Positions 40,310-54,765 are shown, counted from the stretch's first letter. The stretch is 64,000 nt of DNA from Camelus dromedarius (GCF_036321535.1 NC_087436.1:62126001-62190000); one strand, 5' to 3'. Numbers and translations are program-made. The notes: generated by a model not told the origin, from the sequence alone.

Positions 40310-40538
40310 GTAGTATGCATAGTGTCTAAAGAATGCTCTGAAGTAGACTCAGGTTTTTCCCCCGGCTCTGGTATTTTCTAGCTGTGTGACACTAAACAGG
40401 AACCTCTCTAAATTTCTATCCTCACCCGTAGTGACAAAATGAAAGTAGTTATTTCAGAGTAAATTTTGTACGTTAAAGTAGATAATGTATATACCACTTA
40501 GCAATTCCTCAATAAAGTTAGCTACTATTACTATTATT
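40310..40538 (+). mobile_element. MIR
   Basis: cccggctctgg...ttctagctgtgtgac...aacctctcta...ctcaataaagttagctactattactattatt. Confidence 0.7.
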
Positions 40539-43500
40539 TGTAGGAGTTCCTTTAATTTGGGGAATATTTTATAATTCTGCAATAGATGAGTAGTTAGTAT
40601 GTTTTTATGTTATATATTACTTGTAAGAGTAACTACATATGAACACAAAATTGGTATAGAGTTCTACAATTTTATCCTAATATTTCTTTCAAAAGTGAAA
40701 GAAAAAATTATACAATAATTCAAATACACATTCTTTAGCTTTCTGAATTAACAGAGAGATTTCTATATATAGGTAGGTAGACAAATAGGGGAAAGAAAGT
40801 GAAAGAAAGAGAAAGAGAAAGAAAAAGAAGGAGAAAAAAAAGGGGGGGGAGAAAGTAAAGAGAGAGACCACCCTTCCAACAATTTGTATCCTGAATACCC
40901 ATAACTCCATTTCTCCATCAAATAGGTCAGCATTACTAGTGGGAGTCGGGGGAAAATTAGTTCACTTTGCAATTTGCTTTTGGGAAGTAAATGATCCAAA
41001 TGGCTTCACTTGGGCAAAATAATCATAAGGTTTTAAATTTTTTTCTTTTAATTTTTTTAGTTTCTCTGCGTCTCTCCTTTTGAGTGATTTTGTTACATAA
41101 CTTTAACAAGGGAAGATTGTTGATCAGGAAGTTGTATTTCTGCTCCTGAGCATCCTTGTGCTAACTGGAAAAAAAGAAGATAATTGATACAGAGGAATTC
41201 ATAGACATGTATAAAGCTATTATTTAATTAAATATTCTTTTGGATTATGTTGGGAAAAGTTCAGGAATTTCACTATTTTATAAAAATGAACATGGATTTA
41301 TGCCTTTGAATAAGAAAATTGTATGTTGTCAAATAAACATTCCAAATTCTGAAAATCAAGGAAAGAATTTAATCTTAATTTTAACATATAGAATTCTAAA
41401 ACTGTTCAAATATTGAGAATATACTGATTATATGGATCAATAAAATTACACAGTTTTCCCATTTTTCAAATGTAAATATACAAAACCTGTCTGCTGAGGA
41501 AAAGCTACCTCAGCAGCTTCAGAACAGTTACTGTCTCATAACCTTCATTCATGTCAACATAAATACATATTGAATTTCTTTTTCAGTCAATAACCTCTTT
41601 AGAAAAATTCCCAAATCCCTTTCTATATCTTGCTTGTGTCAAGTCGTATCCATCAAACAAAGACTTTCTGTGAAAAGAAAGGTTGTGATGAGTTGTGAGG
41701 GCAAAAATATAACAAACTTTGTCTTACATCCCTCACGTTAATCTGATGTTATTGAAATACTTAGTGGGGGACCATAGAATTGAGGACGGTGGGTAGGAAA
41801 TGTTACCCACCCTACTGAACTTCTTTAGACTTTATTGAGGAATGCAGGAAAAGCCAGTTAAATAAGGTGTAGTAGGTGTCAGCGGGGATAAAGAGAACAG
41901 AAAACATTTATAAAGAGTGATAGCATTGAATAGAAAGAAAATTCTTTTGCTACTCCTGCACTACAGAAATGAAAATAAATAATTTGCTAATGTGTAATTT
42001 TGAGGTAAATTCTAAGTAACATCTTCCCAAATCCTGTATTAATAAATTTTATCACTTAGCCTCAACCTAAAAAAAGGCATGTAACATCATGAGGCTTTGT
42101 TCCAAACTGTTGAGAAACTATCACCATAAGATTGAGAGATGTTTAGCATCAGGATCAAAGCTGTAAGTTTCTTTCTTCATCTCAGTATGGTTTCATAAAC
42201 TTTCTACCATCCCAACTAAATATATTTTCTTTGATTTAATCAACTTTGAAAATCAATCTTCTTGGGATTATTTTTGTTTGTTTTTATACTTTAATTACTG
42301 ATTATATTTCTAATGAGAAGCCAGGGAGTTTGAATTTGACTGGGTTCCTTAGCAATGGTTTATGTGTGCTTATAGCACATGTGTGCCATCTGTAGATTTA
42401 TAGAGGTGAGAAACATTTTTTTTCTAGCACACTGAGTGAAGGGAGGAAACTGAGAGGGAATGCTTATGCTTTCCCTATAAAACTGAAACATTTTTTTGGA
42501 GTACAGAAATCAAAAGAAGTCAGCCTCAAGACGTGAGCAGATGCCATAAATTGTACTGAGGTTCCCTACTGGCTACTTGGCCCGACCACTTCATTTAAGT
42601 CTATAATGCAGTATGAGGCCACAATAAAAACAAAACAAGAATTATTTTAAAAAAATCTTCCAGTAGTTTGCTTAAAAGAGGGATTATTGGATTCATTGAC
42701 AATAATACCACAATCATAGCTCCCACCTTACCAAGAGGTTTACAAATCACTAGACCTATGTGACTTACCATATGTCTGACACATAGTAGTACTGATATTT
42801 TGTGAATGAATGACTAAATGAATGAATGAAACCATAGCTGTTACCATAAATTTAAAATGTACACCTTTCCAATGGTATTTACATAGGTTATTTATATCAT
42901 TTTTTATATAAGGATATCTTCCTTAATAAGTTAAAATGATACATTTATATATATATTAACAAAATAAACTCATAGATGTCTGAAGTTGCAGGTGTTTTTG
43001 AAATGTCTTTTAAAGGATAAATACAAAATTATACCATGTTTTGTTCTGATGACTAATTTGGTTCCAGCTCTTCTTAATATATATTAATATTTTTAGACTC
43101 CTTATTTGGGTCATATGTCTTTATTTTACATCCATAACACTTAAAATCTATATCAAGAGAAGGGGGTGTTTGCCACTGCCACCTTCCTCTCAGTTATTAA
43201 CAGCCCTAATTGTAAACATTACCATATCTTTTTTTTTTCTTCTCTGTGTGTAGTTAGTGTATATTTTAAGTTTCTTCATGATGAATATCTATATAACCAA
43301 GTGTCAAATTCCCAAACTTTAATGTCAAGACCCAACCACAAATATATTACATAGATTTAAATTTTATTTACAGTGGTTGTCAATATAGTCTTATTACTCT
43401 ATTTCATTTTTGATCTTTAATGAAGTACCTGTGAGTTATGATGTGGAAAAATGTCAGGATGAGAAAATGATGATCCCCATTTTTTTTCCTAGCCATGACA

Positions 43501-44179
43501 TTTCAGTATTATGAGCTATATCTCATAAGGTCAGAACTGTGTGACCTATTTTTCTGTACTCATTATCTACTAATCCCAAAACAGAGGCCAAGAGAAAGGA
43601 AGGAGTACATTTTAAAAGGATTTCTGGCCATGGTTTTATGTGATGTGCTGCCTGGAAAGATGGGGAGGGGAGTATTACACATTGGCCTTCCAAGGTGAAA
43701 AAACTCAGGTTATCACAAAAAATTAACTCATGCCCTGCCATAAAAAATTAGTAACCAGATCACCTCTCACCACCTTGTACCACCTTTGTGCAGGACAGAG
43801 AGGAAAGGTGAAATGGTCTTTCTATGAAATCACCTCTTTTGTTCTTATGAACAAACATTTGTGAGGATAAGGCTGAAGAAATAAAATTCCAAAAGTTTCA
43901 CAAAAGACCTGCTGTTGTTTTTCTTTGTGTGACTAACCTATAGTGCCAATGTGAAATGGCAGCAACAGAATGCTCAAAGCTGGTAACAAGTTAGCTATAT
44001 CCACAGAAAATGTCTAGGATAAGAATTACAATTTTTTCAATTCTAACCTGGGAACATACTTTTTTCCTATAATCTTAGAAAAAAAAGAGAATTCTTTTTA
44101 TTCTTGGGATTTATCATGTAAAAATGGGCATTAGCTCCACTTCTAAAAAATATCCATAATATTTGACTCCAAAAAGAAA

Positions 44180-44399
44180 ACCTAAGTCTCAGAACAAACA
44201 CATGTAGAACAAAACTAAACCAAACCAGCAGCCCACAAATAAACCCATCACAGGCAGAGTTGCCTAGCCAAGCCCATCATAGACTAGCTTAATTGGAGCA
44301 AACCTAGACACACAAGAACATTAAAATAACTACTTATACTTACTGAATTTGGGGGCAATTTGTTATGCAGTATTATTGTGGTTGCCTCTGATTAACACA
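44180..44399 (+). mobile_element. MLT1H/I LTR 3' fragment
   Basis: cctagccaagccc...tactgaatttgggggcaatttgttatgcagtattattgtgg...gattaacaca. Confidence 0.65.
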
Positions 44400-45136
44400 A
44401 ATATTAAAGTCACTGAACTTAAATTCTGTTTATGTGATAAATTTATTTAACCTTTTTATGACTCACTTTTACAACCTTAAAGTAGAAATATTTTGCTTAG
44501 ATTTTTTTGGTAAAACAGGGAGTATGGTCACAGCTAAGAATGTAAATAGAAGAAGAGTTGTGGAAGTGAGAAGAATGGGAATGTGAATGTCTTAGGAAAC
44601 TCAGAAAAATGTTTCCTGGAAAAAAATTTTTTTCTTATTGTATGTCCTAGTGATGTCAAAGGATTGTTGAAGTTTAGGCATCAAAACAGTGAACTAGAAA
44701 GATATGCGATAGTTCTCATAGAGTGGGATGCATGAATCTGAGATTATGGAGAGGTTAAAGTTTCTGTTAATGACAAGGAAATGATCATACTGGTGAATGT
44801 CTAGGTGAGAGACAGCAGGGTAACAATATTAATAAAGGAGATTCATTCAATGAACTGAGGGATCAGAGCATTGAAAAGATCAATTTGTGTATTGGAATAA
44901 TCAAGAATAGAATGTTTAAGAGAATGCAGGTATCCAGAAGCTAAAAAATAATTCTAAGAAGTGACACAGAGTCAACTGAAGATCTATGGATCACGGTGAC
45001 AGTAAGGGATACCGGTATGTATATTCTGATAATCAATTTATGTTTGTTTAATGGAGGAGGTACTGAAAAATCATCTTGAACAGACTATAAGGAAGACACA
45101 ATACCATGTGTAGGGTTGGAGAAAACTGTCACTATT

Positions 45137-45913
45137 TGCAGTGAAATTCTGATGCCAACTAGTAATCATAGATTTGACAGTTTAAAGGCACAGAATCCCA
45201 CAAGTCTCCCCTTCCCTTTAGACACTGGTCACAAGTTTGGGGCTCCGTAGGCCACCTACATTTCTGACAAATGCTACAAAATCATGAGTTCCACCTCAGG
45301 TTCAATAATTCACTAAAACAATTTGCAGGACCAAGGAAAGCACTGTACTTATAGTTTTATTTTAAGGGTCTATAAATCAGAAACCAGCCAAAAAAAAAAA
45401 AAAGAGATCCATAGAGGGTGCTCTTAGAGGTCCCAAATGCAGAGCTTCTGTGTCTTCTCTCATGGAGGAGGTGTCACCCTCCTGGCACATTGATGTATTC
45501 ACCAACCAGGAAGCTCAAAAATTGAGCTCTGATGTCCAGTTTTATTGGGATTTTATTACATAGCCATGATTGGTTGAATCATTAGCCACATAACTTAACT
45601 CAGCTCCAGCTCCCTTCATTTCCCTGAAGATCAGGTTGATATTACCTGGCTCAAAGTTTCAATTCTCTATTTACATGGTTGGTCTTTCTTGTCTGAAAGA
45701 CCCCCAGCCCCCATCCTGAAACAATGTAAGGACCCACCATGAGTCACTTCTCTAAGATAAACTCAAATATGGTCCCAGGAGCCCAATAAGATTTAAAAAA
45801 AAAAAAAAAAGGCACTCACATCACTTCTCATCACTTCTGGAAATTCGAAGGGTTTAGAAGCTCAGTGCCAGGGACTAGTGATAAAGACCAGATAAATTCT
45901 TTACTATATAACA
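45137..45913 (-). mobile_element. Solo LTR, MER21-like, inside probable L2 sequence
   Basis: TG...CA ends flanked by ctatt/ccatt (5-bp TSD, 1 mismatch). Motifs caggttcaataattcacta, gtattcaccaaccaggaagctc and ggaaattcgaagggtttagaagct. Confidence 0.85.
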
Positions 45914-48481
45914 CCATTTAAGGGGCTGTAGGGTAATCAGTGTCCTTAGGGGAGGGCCTGGTTTTCTTTGGAGGAAGAATATGAAGAGGTTTAGAAAAGT
46001 CAGGAATTTGCTGATGAATCACCATCAGAAATTACAGTGCAAAGATTTCATGAGGTGGGAAAGAGTAGGGTTTATCAGAAAGTGGGCTTTGGAAAATCGT
46101 ATCAGGTTTTAAGTGCAGGAGATGAGGAGTGAGCTGGGAGAACTGAACTCCTGGCCAGAAATTCAAATTGCTCTAAAGAGAATAAGGAGATTAATGGTGG
46201 TGGTATTGGAGTTGACAAAATCTTTCCAGAAACATGCAGAGTTCTGAGGCTCCATTTAAACTTATGTCAAAGAAGCTGTGGAGGCTGGGAAGGGTTTGGA
46301 AGTCACAGTGGATGTTGTAAACCATTCACTTTAAGCTCCTAAGTGGCCCAAGAAGAAAACGTCCTCTTTCTCCCAGGTAACAACAATTTTGACTTCTCAC
46401 ACTGTAAATCAATTCTTGAATTTCATATAAAGGAATTCTAAATTATGTACTCTTTTGTCTCTGCCCTTTTTTACAAAATAGTAAATCTTTAAAAGTTTTA
46501 ATCAACTTACAGTTGCTTCATATAGTTGCTTATAGTTTAAAAAATATTTTATGATGTATTATTTCACTGAAGTCTCACATAGAATTAGGATGCTGCGCCC
46601 ACCCATGTTGAAGGAATAGTAAGTGTCCCGTCTTATAGAACATAGATATTAAGGGACAAAGCTCTGATTCAAATGCATGATTTCCTGGTTTGGAATCCTA
46701 CCCTCTTCTCATTAGCCCTCAATATCTATTTGGAGGGAGGGAAGCTTATTTATAAAAATTTATATTCATACCCCATTTATAATGTCTTAAGTATTTAGGT
46801 ATGCCTGAGTAAGGAAGTGAAGTCTTGTTTAGATGAATTGTCTCTTCAAGGCTTCATGATTTTTACTTTTCTTTTGATTCACAAATATCCTTGTTTGGTT
46901 TCTGCATCACTACGCCACAGGAAACTCTAGAGAGAGCTGAGATTTCTCACCGTATGTATCTATTCTGAAGTTAACAAGACTTGTCAGAAACAATAATTCC
47001 TGCTTTTCATTTAGGATTCCAGTCTCAAAATCTAGAGGACGCTGCCTTTACAAATTCTTACAGCTGCCTGATCTTTCCTCTCCCCACAAGGTTAGCTATT
47101 AGAGATGATTTGAAATAATTCAATAAAATATAAATAAAGTGCTCAGTATTGCAAGTTTATTGGAAAGGTGGATTTCTACTACTTCACTAGCATAGTAAAA
47201 TAATGGGGGAGTGGATTCTAAACAAATAATAAACCACTTGCACTACTGGTGCATATTTTAGTTCAGAGTTTCCCCTACCTTTTAGCACCAGATTTATTTT
47301 GTATGTGTTTATCATGTTTTCTGTAGCCGATATTTATTTACTAAATTATGTAACCAACATAACTGAATCCTTGATGTTACCATTAGATCCGTAGGGTACC
47401 ATAGTTCAGATACATAATGATCTCTGATGTACTATCTACTGTTCTAGTCCTGCCAAAATGTTCTTTTCATTTTTAGGGACAAGCTTCTCTGCTTCCTGTT
47501 CTTCCTTGATTCTGTTTTGCTAATGTTCCTCATTTCAAAGGGGAAAGAAGAAAGAAAGATACCATAGGAATAATTACCAACTGAGTAAAGTCATTATCAT
47601 AACAGAAATGAAGTTGAAATGGTAAGAGCTTGGCATTATTCAAATATTTACTCTGTTTTGTTAATGATTATAACATCTTTGAAATCCTTATAGGCTTCTT
47701 TTGAACTATAGATAAGTCATAATACCTAAAGCATCTTAGGATATGAAATCACACCATAATCCACTGATCAAGCCTTTTAGGCCAAGTCTACAAGTTTATC
47801 ACAGCTCAGATCCTATGACCTCTCAAAAATATTTTTCTGAGGAGTTAATAGAGAACAGATGTTACCCAAAGCATCAGCTGTTAGAATTAGACAAATGGGG
47901 GAAAAAAAAGGCAAATGAAGAGGGCAGAAACTCATTGAATAGACAATGCAATTCCTTAAAAAAGTCAATGAGAAGTTTTGAAAAGGTCAGAAAAAGGTGC
48001 ACAAGCATGTGTTTTTGCACATGTACATTCATTAAAAGTACAGAAAACAATTTTACACTGAAACAAAAATTCTCATGTTCATTTGAAATAGTCTATAGTC
48101 ATTATAATTATGAAAGTGAATTTTTCTGTACTGCAAAATGTTAAGTTCAGTTTATTGAGTTTTCAAGTTTGTGTCTCTTCATTTTTATTAGAGTCACAAT
48201 ATTTTCCTGATGGCTTAATGTGTCCCTTGCCTAATGACGCAAAACTCAGTGAAAAAATGCAATACTGTTTTTCTCAGTCTAGAACCTCATCTTTCTTGGG
48301 AAGAAACGTGAACATATGATGCAGTGACTGCTACTAGAATTGAGGGAGAAATTAATCTCCCTTACAGGGAATGTTTTATAAAGAAGGGATATTTGATCTG
48401 GGTCCTGAAAAATGAAAAAAAAAAAAAAAGAGCCAAACAGTGAAGAGAGCAATTTTTCCACAGGGAACACTGAACAACATA

Positions 48482-48664
48482 CAGAGGCTTGAAAGCAACT
48501 TCGTGTGTTAGAATCTGAGCCATTGTTAACTGGAGACTTGTTAGAAATGTCAATTCTCAGTCCCACCCAAGACTTGCATAAACGTGGGAGTTGGGTCTAG
48601 CTATCTGTGTTTTAATATGCCCTTTGGCTGATTCTGATGCATGATCAAGTTTGAGAGTCATTGC
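48482..48664. mobile_element. hAT-Charlie MITE MER5A
   Basis: cttgttagaaatg...ctcagtcccacccaagac...atctgtgttttaa...tgattctgatgca...aagtttgagagtcattg. Confidence 0.8.
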
Positions 48665-48665
48665 T

Positions 48666-48916
48666 TTATTTATTTATTTATTTAAATTTTATTGAGTTGT
48701 AGTCATTTTACAATGTTGTGTCAAATTCCAGTGTAGAGCACAATTTTCCAATTACACATGTACATATATATATTCATTGTCGCATTCCTTTCCACTATGA
48801 GCTACCACAAGATCTTGCATATATTTCCCTGTGTTATACAGTATAATCTTGTTTATCTATTCTATATATACCTGTCAGTATCTACAAATTTCGAACTCCC
48901 AGTCTGTCCCTTCCCA
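48666..48916 (-). mobile_element. Short, younger L1 3' end (camelid-type by recollection)
   Basis: (TTTA)n tail followed by ttttattgagttgtagtcattttacaatgttgtgtcaaattccagtgtagagcac...gagctaccacaagatcttg. Confidence 0.85.
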
Positions 48917-50489
48917 CTTTAAATTGTACAAATACATTTAGGCTTCCATTGACTGAGGAATCTTACGTATTGACCAGTTTTTCAGAACTGGGCCACACTT
49001 AACATTCCAAAGTTAGTAACTTTATCTGTGAAAATCTTTAGATGATACTGAAGCAGAAATAAACCCCATGCAGCTCAAACCATTCACTACTGCTGGCCTC
49101 CTTCTAGTAGTCTAAGTAGAGATTCATTCCTGACTTGATGGGATATACACATGGACCAAAATCCAATTTGAAATAATATGAAAAATTGTTCCAAAATATT
49201 TGCTAAAGTATAATTCTCTGTCTCAGAAGCTTGTGTGTTCCTGCCTCATTTTAGCAAACAAATTCTATTAGTCAGACTTTCAGCTTATATAATAATTTGT
49301 TGCATTTGAACTTCACATGAAGTCATTTGGCATAGATTACTTAATGGGTGCTCTATTGAAGTTATAGAATCTAATTTTGAGCATAAATAAGATATGAGCT
49401 TATTCATATCTTTCCAATGCATGCAGAGGCTCATCCATTTGTAAGGAATCATTATATTTGCTATGGTGTGTGCAGGGTAAAATTTGTTCTTTGACTTGTC
49501 ATAATAGTGCAGAATGGATGCTAGCCCTGTGCGAAATGACGTTTTTGAAACATCAGAGAGTAGTCTCCTTCTTTATTTTTTGTCAATAAACATAACTCTT
49601 TACCTTAAACTTCAGATGCCAAAGTCAGTGTGTAAGTGGGAAGCATTATTTCATCTATCTAACAAAAGGATGTGGAAGAACAAATATACCTAACTTCTGT
49701 CCTCTTCTACAACATGAGATACAGATTCTTTTGGTTCTCAATGGAAAGCATGACTGAAATCTTCAAATATGAGTGGAAATACTATTTTTAGAAGGATAGG
49801 CCTTAGTCTTTTTTCTTTTTTTCTCTTTTCCCCTATTTCTTCTCTCTAACCCTTCAAGGTCATGTATTAGTCCTTTGTGAGGAAGGAAGAGGCCATGGGT
49901 AGCCTGTACTTCTCAAAGAGCACTTCTGAGTTGTTTTTTGAAATAGCAATCAGTAAAACTCAAAGAGATGTGATGTGAAATGGAGCAGCAAGTAAAACTA
50001 GAGAGACTGTAGAATATCCATTTTTCCATTGTTCATTGACTGATTAGCAGCTATAACCCAGACTTTGTATTCAGAGATAGATGGTGGTAAAGTAATAAAT
50101 AGTGCAAGTTTCCTGTAATCTGCAGCTCTCAATCTTCTGGAAGACAAAGCCATATGCCAAAGTAGCTAAACAAACAAACAAACAAAAAAAAACACAAAAA
50201 AACCTGGGCCTGAGAAGAGTACAATTATTTAAATTATAGCTCTGATATATTAAACTTCAAACTAGTTAATTGACAACCTGAGGTGTTAGCATATGTATTA
50301 TCATCTCTTTGTTTTACAATATAAACACATGATATTTATCAGCTCTAATCAAAAGGAATACATGGTTTGCTCTGCCTTTTTATGAGTTTGGTATCACATT
50401 ATTTCTCACCAAAAGAAACATAGGATCACATTAGAACATGACTTAGAAATTATTATTGAAACTGCAGGAATAAATTTTTGGAGGCAGGG

Positions 50490-50718
50490 TGATTTTCTTG
50501 GAGATAGAAAAGACTTTGAACCCAAGCAGATTTAGGTTAAAATTTGAGTTATGTGACTTCAATAGTTATTTTAACCTTTCTGAAACTCCACTGCTTCATC
50601 TGTGCATCTGTGAAGTGGTGATAATAAATACTACAATATATTGCTATGGAATAATTAAGTGAGATGATGTTTGTAAAAAGCCTGGCATTTGGTTGGTGCT
50701 CAATAAATTTTAGTTTTA
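50490..50718 (+). mobile_element. MIR
   Basis: ttatgtgacttc...ttaacctttctgaaactccactgcttcatctgt...aattaagtgagatgatg...gtgctcaataaat. Confidence 0.75.
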
Positions 50719-52799
50719 TTTGACACACATTCTCTTTAATGCTTTCCCCTTTCATGTGGAGCCATGTGTCAGCCATTAACTGCTTGCTGCTCCATTTCAC
50801 ATCATATCTCTTTGAGTCTAAGAAGTCTACTTTAAAAAACAAAAATGATTACACTGGATACCATTTCCCTGTTGTTCAAACAGTGCATGAATGTTGGTGT
50901 GCATTTGCTGTATACCATGCATTCTCACTGGTCTCAAGGGGCAGTTGGAGTGGGTGGTGAGATGAAGGATTACAGACTGGAGAATTAAAGCCATAGATGG
51001 TTTGGACTGACTGACATTTAAGACAGGTAAATGGAAGAACATGAGGGGAGTTGAAGAATTGTAAGTCAAGCGCCATTTATCTTTAAGTGTTGGCATTAAC
51101 CAGTTCTCCGAAGGTTTCTTGTGTATACAAAACTCCCTATGTTGCTATTTATATCGTCATCCTGTTTTCATTTTTTCCATCATTACTAGTAAAAAATAAA
51201 ATTCTGGGGGTTTTTTTGGGTTTTTTTTTTTTTTTTTTTAAGACATGAGAGGAGTAGAGAGACAAATTGAGTATCTGCTTCACATTCCAAAGAGTCTGGA
51301 AAACAACCTATCAGATAGAAGCGCTTGTAGTTACTGTCTGTTTATCAAAGCTAAGAACCAGAATGACAATCTTTCTATTGCTTTTGATGACAACAGTAGT
51401 CCTTGCATATTTATTAAATAAGGAAATACTTAAATGCATCCTGCTAGACAATGTGGTAGATACTAGTGATGCAGAGATAAATAAGACAGTCTTATCGTGA
51501 TGAGCTCAAGGTTTCTTGAGGGAGGACATGTGGTTCCCATTCCCAAAGGGCCTGTTTACAGTCAAGCAAAATTGCCACTTAAATGAGAACACCCTATCAC
51601 TCAAAGGAAAGGGAATAGAGATACAATGGGAGGGTAGGATTAAGGAAGAATATAGTTTTTTCTTTTTCTTTTTTCATCTATTATCTAAATCATAATAGGA
51701 TATTGGAAAATCATTTAATTTATTGGAAAGTAAGAATAGTAAGGTAGAAACAGAACAATATTTGTCCTTTCTTGCCTCTGTATGTTCTACAGGTTTATAA
51801 AGGCATATGAGGAAAGCAATCTTTAAAAGACTTATATGATGTTTTGTGCATCATTGACAAAAAAGAAGACATCTATCTTATGAATGCTTTGTAAAATAAC
51901 ATAATTAATGCAACTCTTAGTATGCCTGATAAGAAAACACTAACACAACATACTATTTCCATGGTTTCTCCAGTTTACTTTTTTTATATTTACCTAACAT
52001 ATGCTTCTGGGGAATTTCTGAGAAGTGAGCATATCATATAAAATGAGTCATTTATTTACAATTGAATATTTTTTACATTAGTAGTTGGGACTGCCAATTT
52101 TGAAAATAAATAAATGCTTGTTGTTAATTTAAGAATGTGAACCATATTGCAGGAGCAGTCATTCTGGTAAGTAGTATGGTTTGTATCCCTTCCTGACAGA
52201 TGTCTGCACCCAGCGTACATGTATTGAGACATAAAAACCATAATCATAAAGACTCACTTTTGGATTCACTCTTAGGTTAAAATTCTTTTATCTGACAAAG
52301 TCTCCACACACTTCATAGAAGGAGAAAACTCCAGGGATTAAAAAAAGAAAAGAAAAAAATCCAATAGCACTGTTCTTTAAGTAGCACAAAGCCTTTTAAA
52401 GATAATACCTTACTACTCTTTGAAACAAACCTCCTAAGTAAAGTGACATTATTTTTATTGCCAATAACAAGGAAAACCAGGTTTCACAGAGGTCAAATGA
52501 TAATTATTGACACACTACAAGTAGACGGTAATGCCAAAAATGAGTTTCCAAACTTAAAGCCTGATTCTGTTCTTTCACTAGACAAGGGATGGCCTTGTTT
52601 TCTGCTGAGAATTTTATTTCACTTTCAGATGGTTGCATTTATTTAATAATATCTGTAGAAACAATGATGATCATACCAAAAAATTGGTGATTTCGTTTGT
52701 TTGTTTGACCCTTAGCCTCGAGACCCAGCGCTGTATCCAACACTCACCGTTCTAGCCTACTCACACCCTGATTCTCCAGCTGAAGTCTGAATGGTGATA

Positions 52800-53210
52800 T
52801 CCACGGCCTCTTTAGAGACTGTGATTTGAAAGCATCCTTGGGGAGTGAGGCTAAGTCAACAAGTGTTATTTTCTACTGTGTGCCACATACTTAAATACTC
52901 ACTTTCTAGTTTCACTCTTGGTCGCTTCTGGAGTATAAGTTGTGAGATGTCTACTAGAGAATATCTGGGGTAAACAGAGATACAATAACTGTTGCAGCCT
53001 TCTACTGTCCCGCAGGCAACAAGCATGGGAAAAAGCTGTAATTTGTAGCTAGAGTAAACTGTAGGCAAACGTTAAGCCAAAATGTAGAAAGAGTTCAGGT
53101 TCTTATGACACCTTTAAGTCATTGCTCTAATTATGTGAACTAACTAAGTGGATTTTCTGTTTGAATCATTTTGATGACATATTCTCTTATTGCAGTCAAA
53201 CACATGTTTT
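52800..53210 (+). mobile_element. Old MLT1 (I/J-like) LTR
   Basis: The 3' end tttgaatcattttgatg...ttattgcagtcaaacacat, plus ggttcttatgacacc. Confidence 0.45.
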
Positions 53211-53627
53211 AAAATTCTTGGTTTTGAAGCATTTAGTTATAAATACCATTCTCTATGTAAGTAGACCCCTTATGATAGCTTGTTTTTTTGACACTGTCCT
53301 TGTCTATGATTCCAATTTATTCCTTCATTTGTAAGATCCACAGGCTTTAAAAGTCTGCACAATAATTTTCATTTATAGGGACCCCTGCTTGCAAATTTAT
53401 TCTTCCTTATTCAGTCCAATCCAGCTACTTTCCTATTTGACTTGGGCCTTTTTATTTTATTTTTTCCTAAACTTTTTCCATTGCCTTTCTATAAAATACC
53501 TGTTATATTGCCAATAAAATATTCTTATGGTCTTTACTTATAAGAAGAATGTTTGCCCCATTTCTTTGTCTGACGTGAAAACTACCTTTTCCCAGGTAAG
53601 GTAAGGTTTACTTTTATTCTCCATACT

Positions 53628-53976
53628 TGCTATAGACTGAATGTTTGTGTCCCCTTGAAAATTTATGTGCTGGAGCCTCTATCTCCAACATGATGGTATT
53701 TGAATGTGAGACCTTTGGGAAGTAATCAGGTTTAGATGAGGCCATGAGGGTGGATCCCCCAAGATGGGACTGATGTCCTTATATGAAGAGCAAGAGACAC
53801 AGCCCCCTCTGCCATGTGAGGATACAGCAAGAAGGGGGCCATCTGTAAACCAGGAAGAGAGCTCGCACCAGACACGGAGCCTGTGGGCATTCTAATCTCA
53901 GACTTTCCAACCTCCAGAACAGTAAGAAATAAATGTCTATGGTAACCAGTTGTAGCAGTCTGAGTTGACTAAGAAA
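53628..53976 (+). mobile_element. MaLR solo LTR MLT1A0-like
   Basis: tgctatagactgaatgtttgtgtcccc...gccatgtgaggatacagcaagaag...cctccagaacagtaagaaataaatg...gactaaga. The flanks are atact/aaact (5-bp TSD, 1 mismatch). Confidence 0.9.
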
Positions 53977-54336
53977 AAACTACTAAGATTTTATCATTCT
54001 TCCAAATTCTAAGAGATAGGGTAGCATTCTTCCAGTTCTCCACTACCCCTTTTCTTACATTACCTGCTAATTCTTTTTAAAAGTCTGTCTTTTTAAATTG
54101 AAATCCTCTCCATACTCATCACTGCCAAGTACAACTCTTTTGGCTTTTCCCCCACAACACAGAAAAATAAAACACATGTGAACTCCATCCAATTTTGTGC
54201 AAATGATCTGTCTAATGCCCTTGCCTTTTAGGACCTGGGTCTCTTTCTGTTTCAGATCTTTCACCTCCATTCTACTGAAGCTCAGGGGCCATTCTCTTGG
54301 TATTACATTGGGTACCACTTGGAATTGCTTCACCTC

Positions 54337-54765
54337 ATATCAGAGATCAGATTCCCTGAGATGCAGAATTTGATACAGAGATTAGAGATCAGGTATTACT
54401 AGAGACTGCTCTTTGGGTCAACTCCTTTGGAAGAGAAAGACAGCAATAAGAATGGGTCAAGGGACAAGCTGGTCTGCAGTAAATGCTTCAGGCAACCCAC
54501 AGGAAGTGCCAGAGCTGGCAGGCCACCTAAAGTTGTCTGTTTAGAGGAAGGGGGCTAACCCTTCAAACCCTTGTCATGTCCATCAGCCATTTGGATGCTA
54601 TTGTCCCAAGAAGGGACCTGGCCTTAGGCAGGTCTACTACCATCAGCCCAAGGAGCCATACAAGAAGGCAGATAGCTGAGAGTGTTTCACCATCAGCACT
54701 CACAGGAGCCAAGAAAAGTCCTTTGGTCCTGAAGGGATATTGGGGAATTGCATGATGGTATCAGT
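54337..54765 (-). mobile_element. ERVL LTR33/LTR16-like
   Basis: ttccctgagatgcaga...tgctctttgggtcaac...aacccacaggaagtgccagagctgg...gtcctgaagggatattgggg. Confidence 0.65.

Noticed and set aside
46360..46385. Second AG|GT juxtaposition (ctcccaggtaac)
   Set aside because: The donor is weak, and the motif matches common old-L1 3' text (cccagaggtaaccac).
47743..48144. 133-aa ORF
   Set aside because: No recognisable domain, it crosses an A-run, its composition reflects AT-rich DNA, and there is no convincing splice context.
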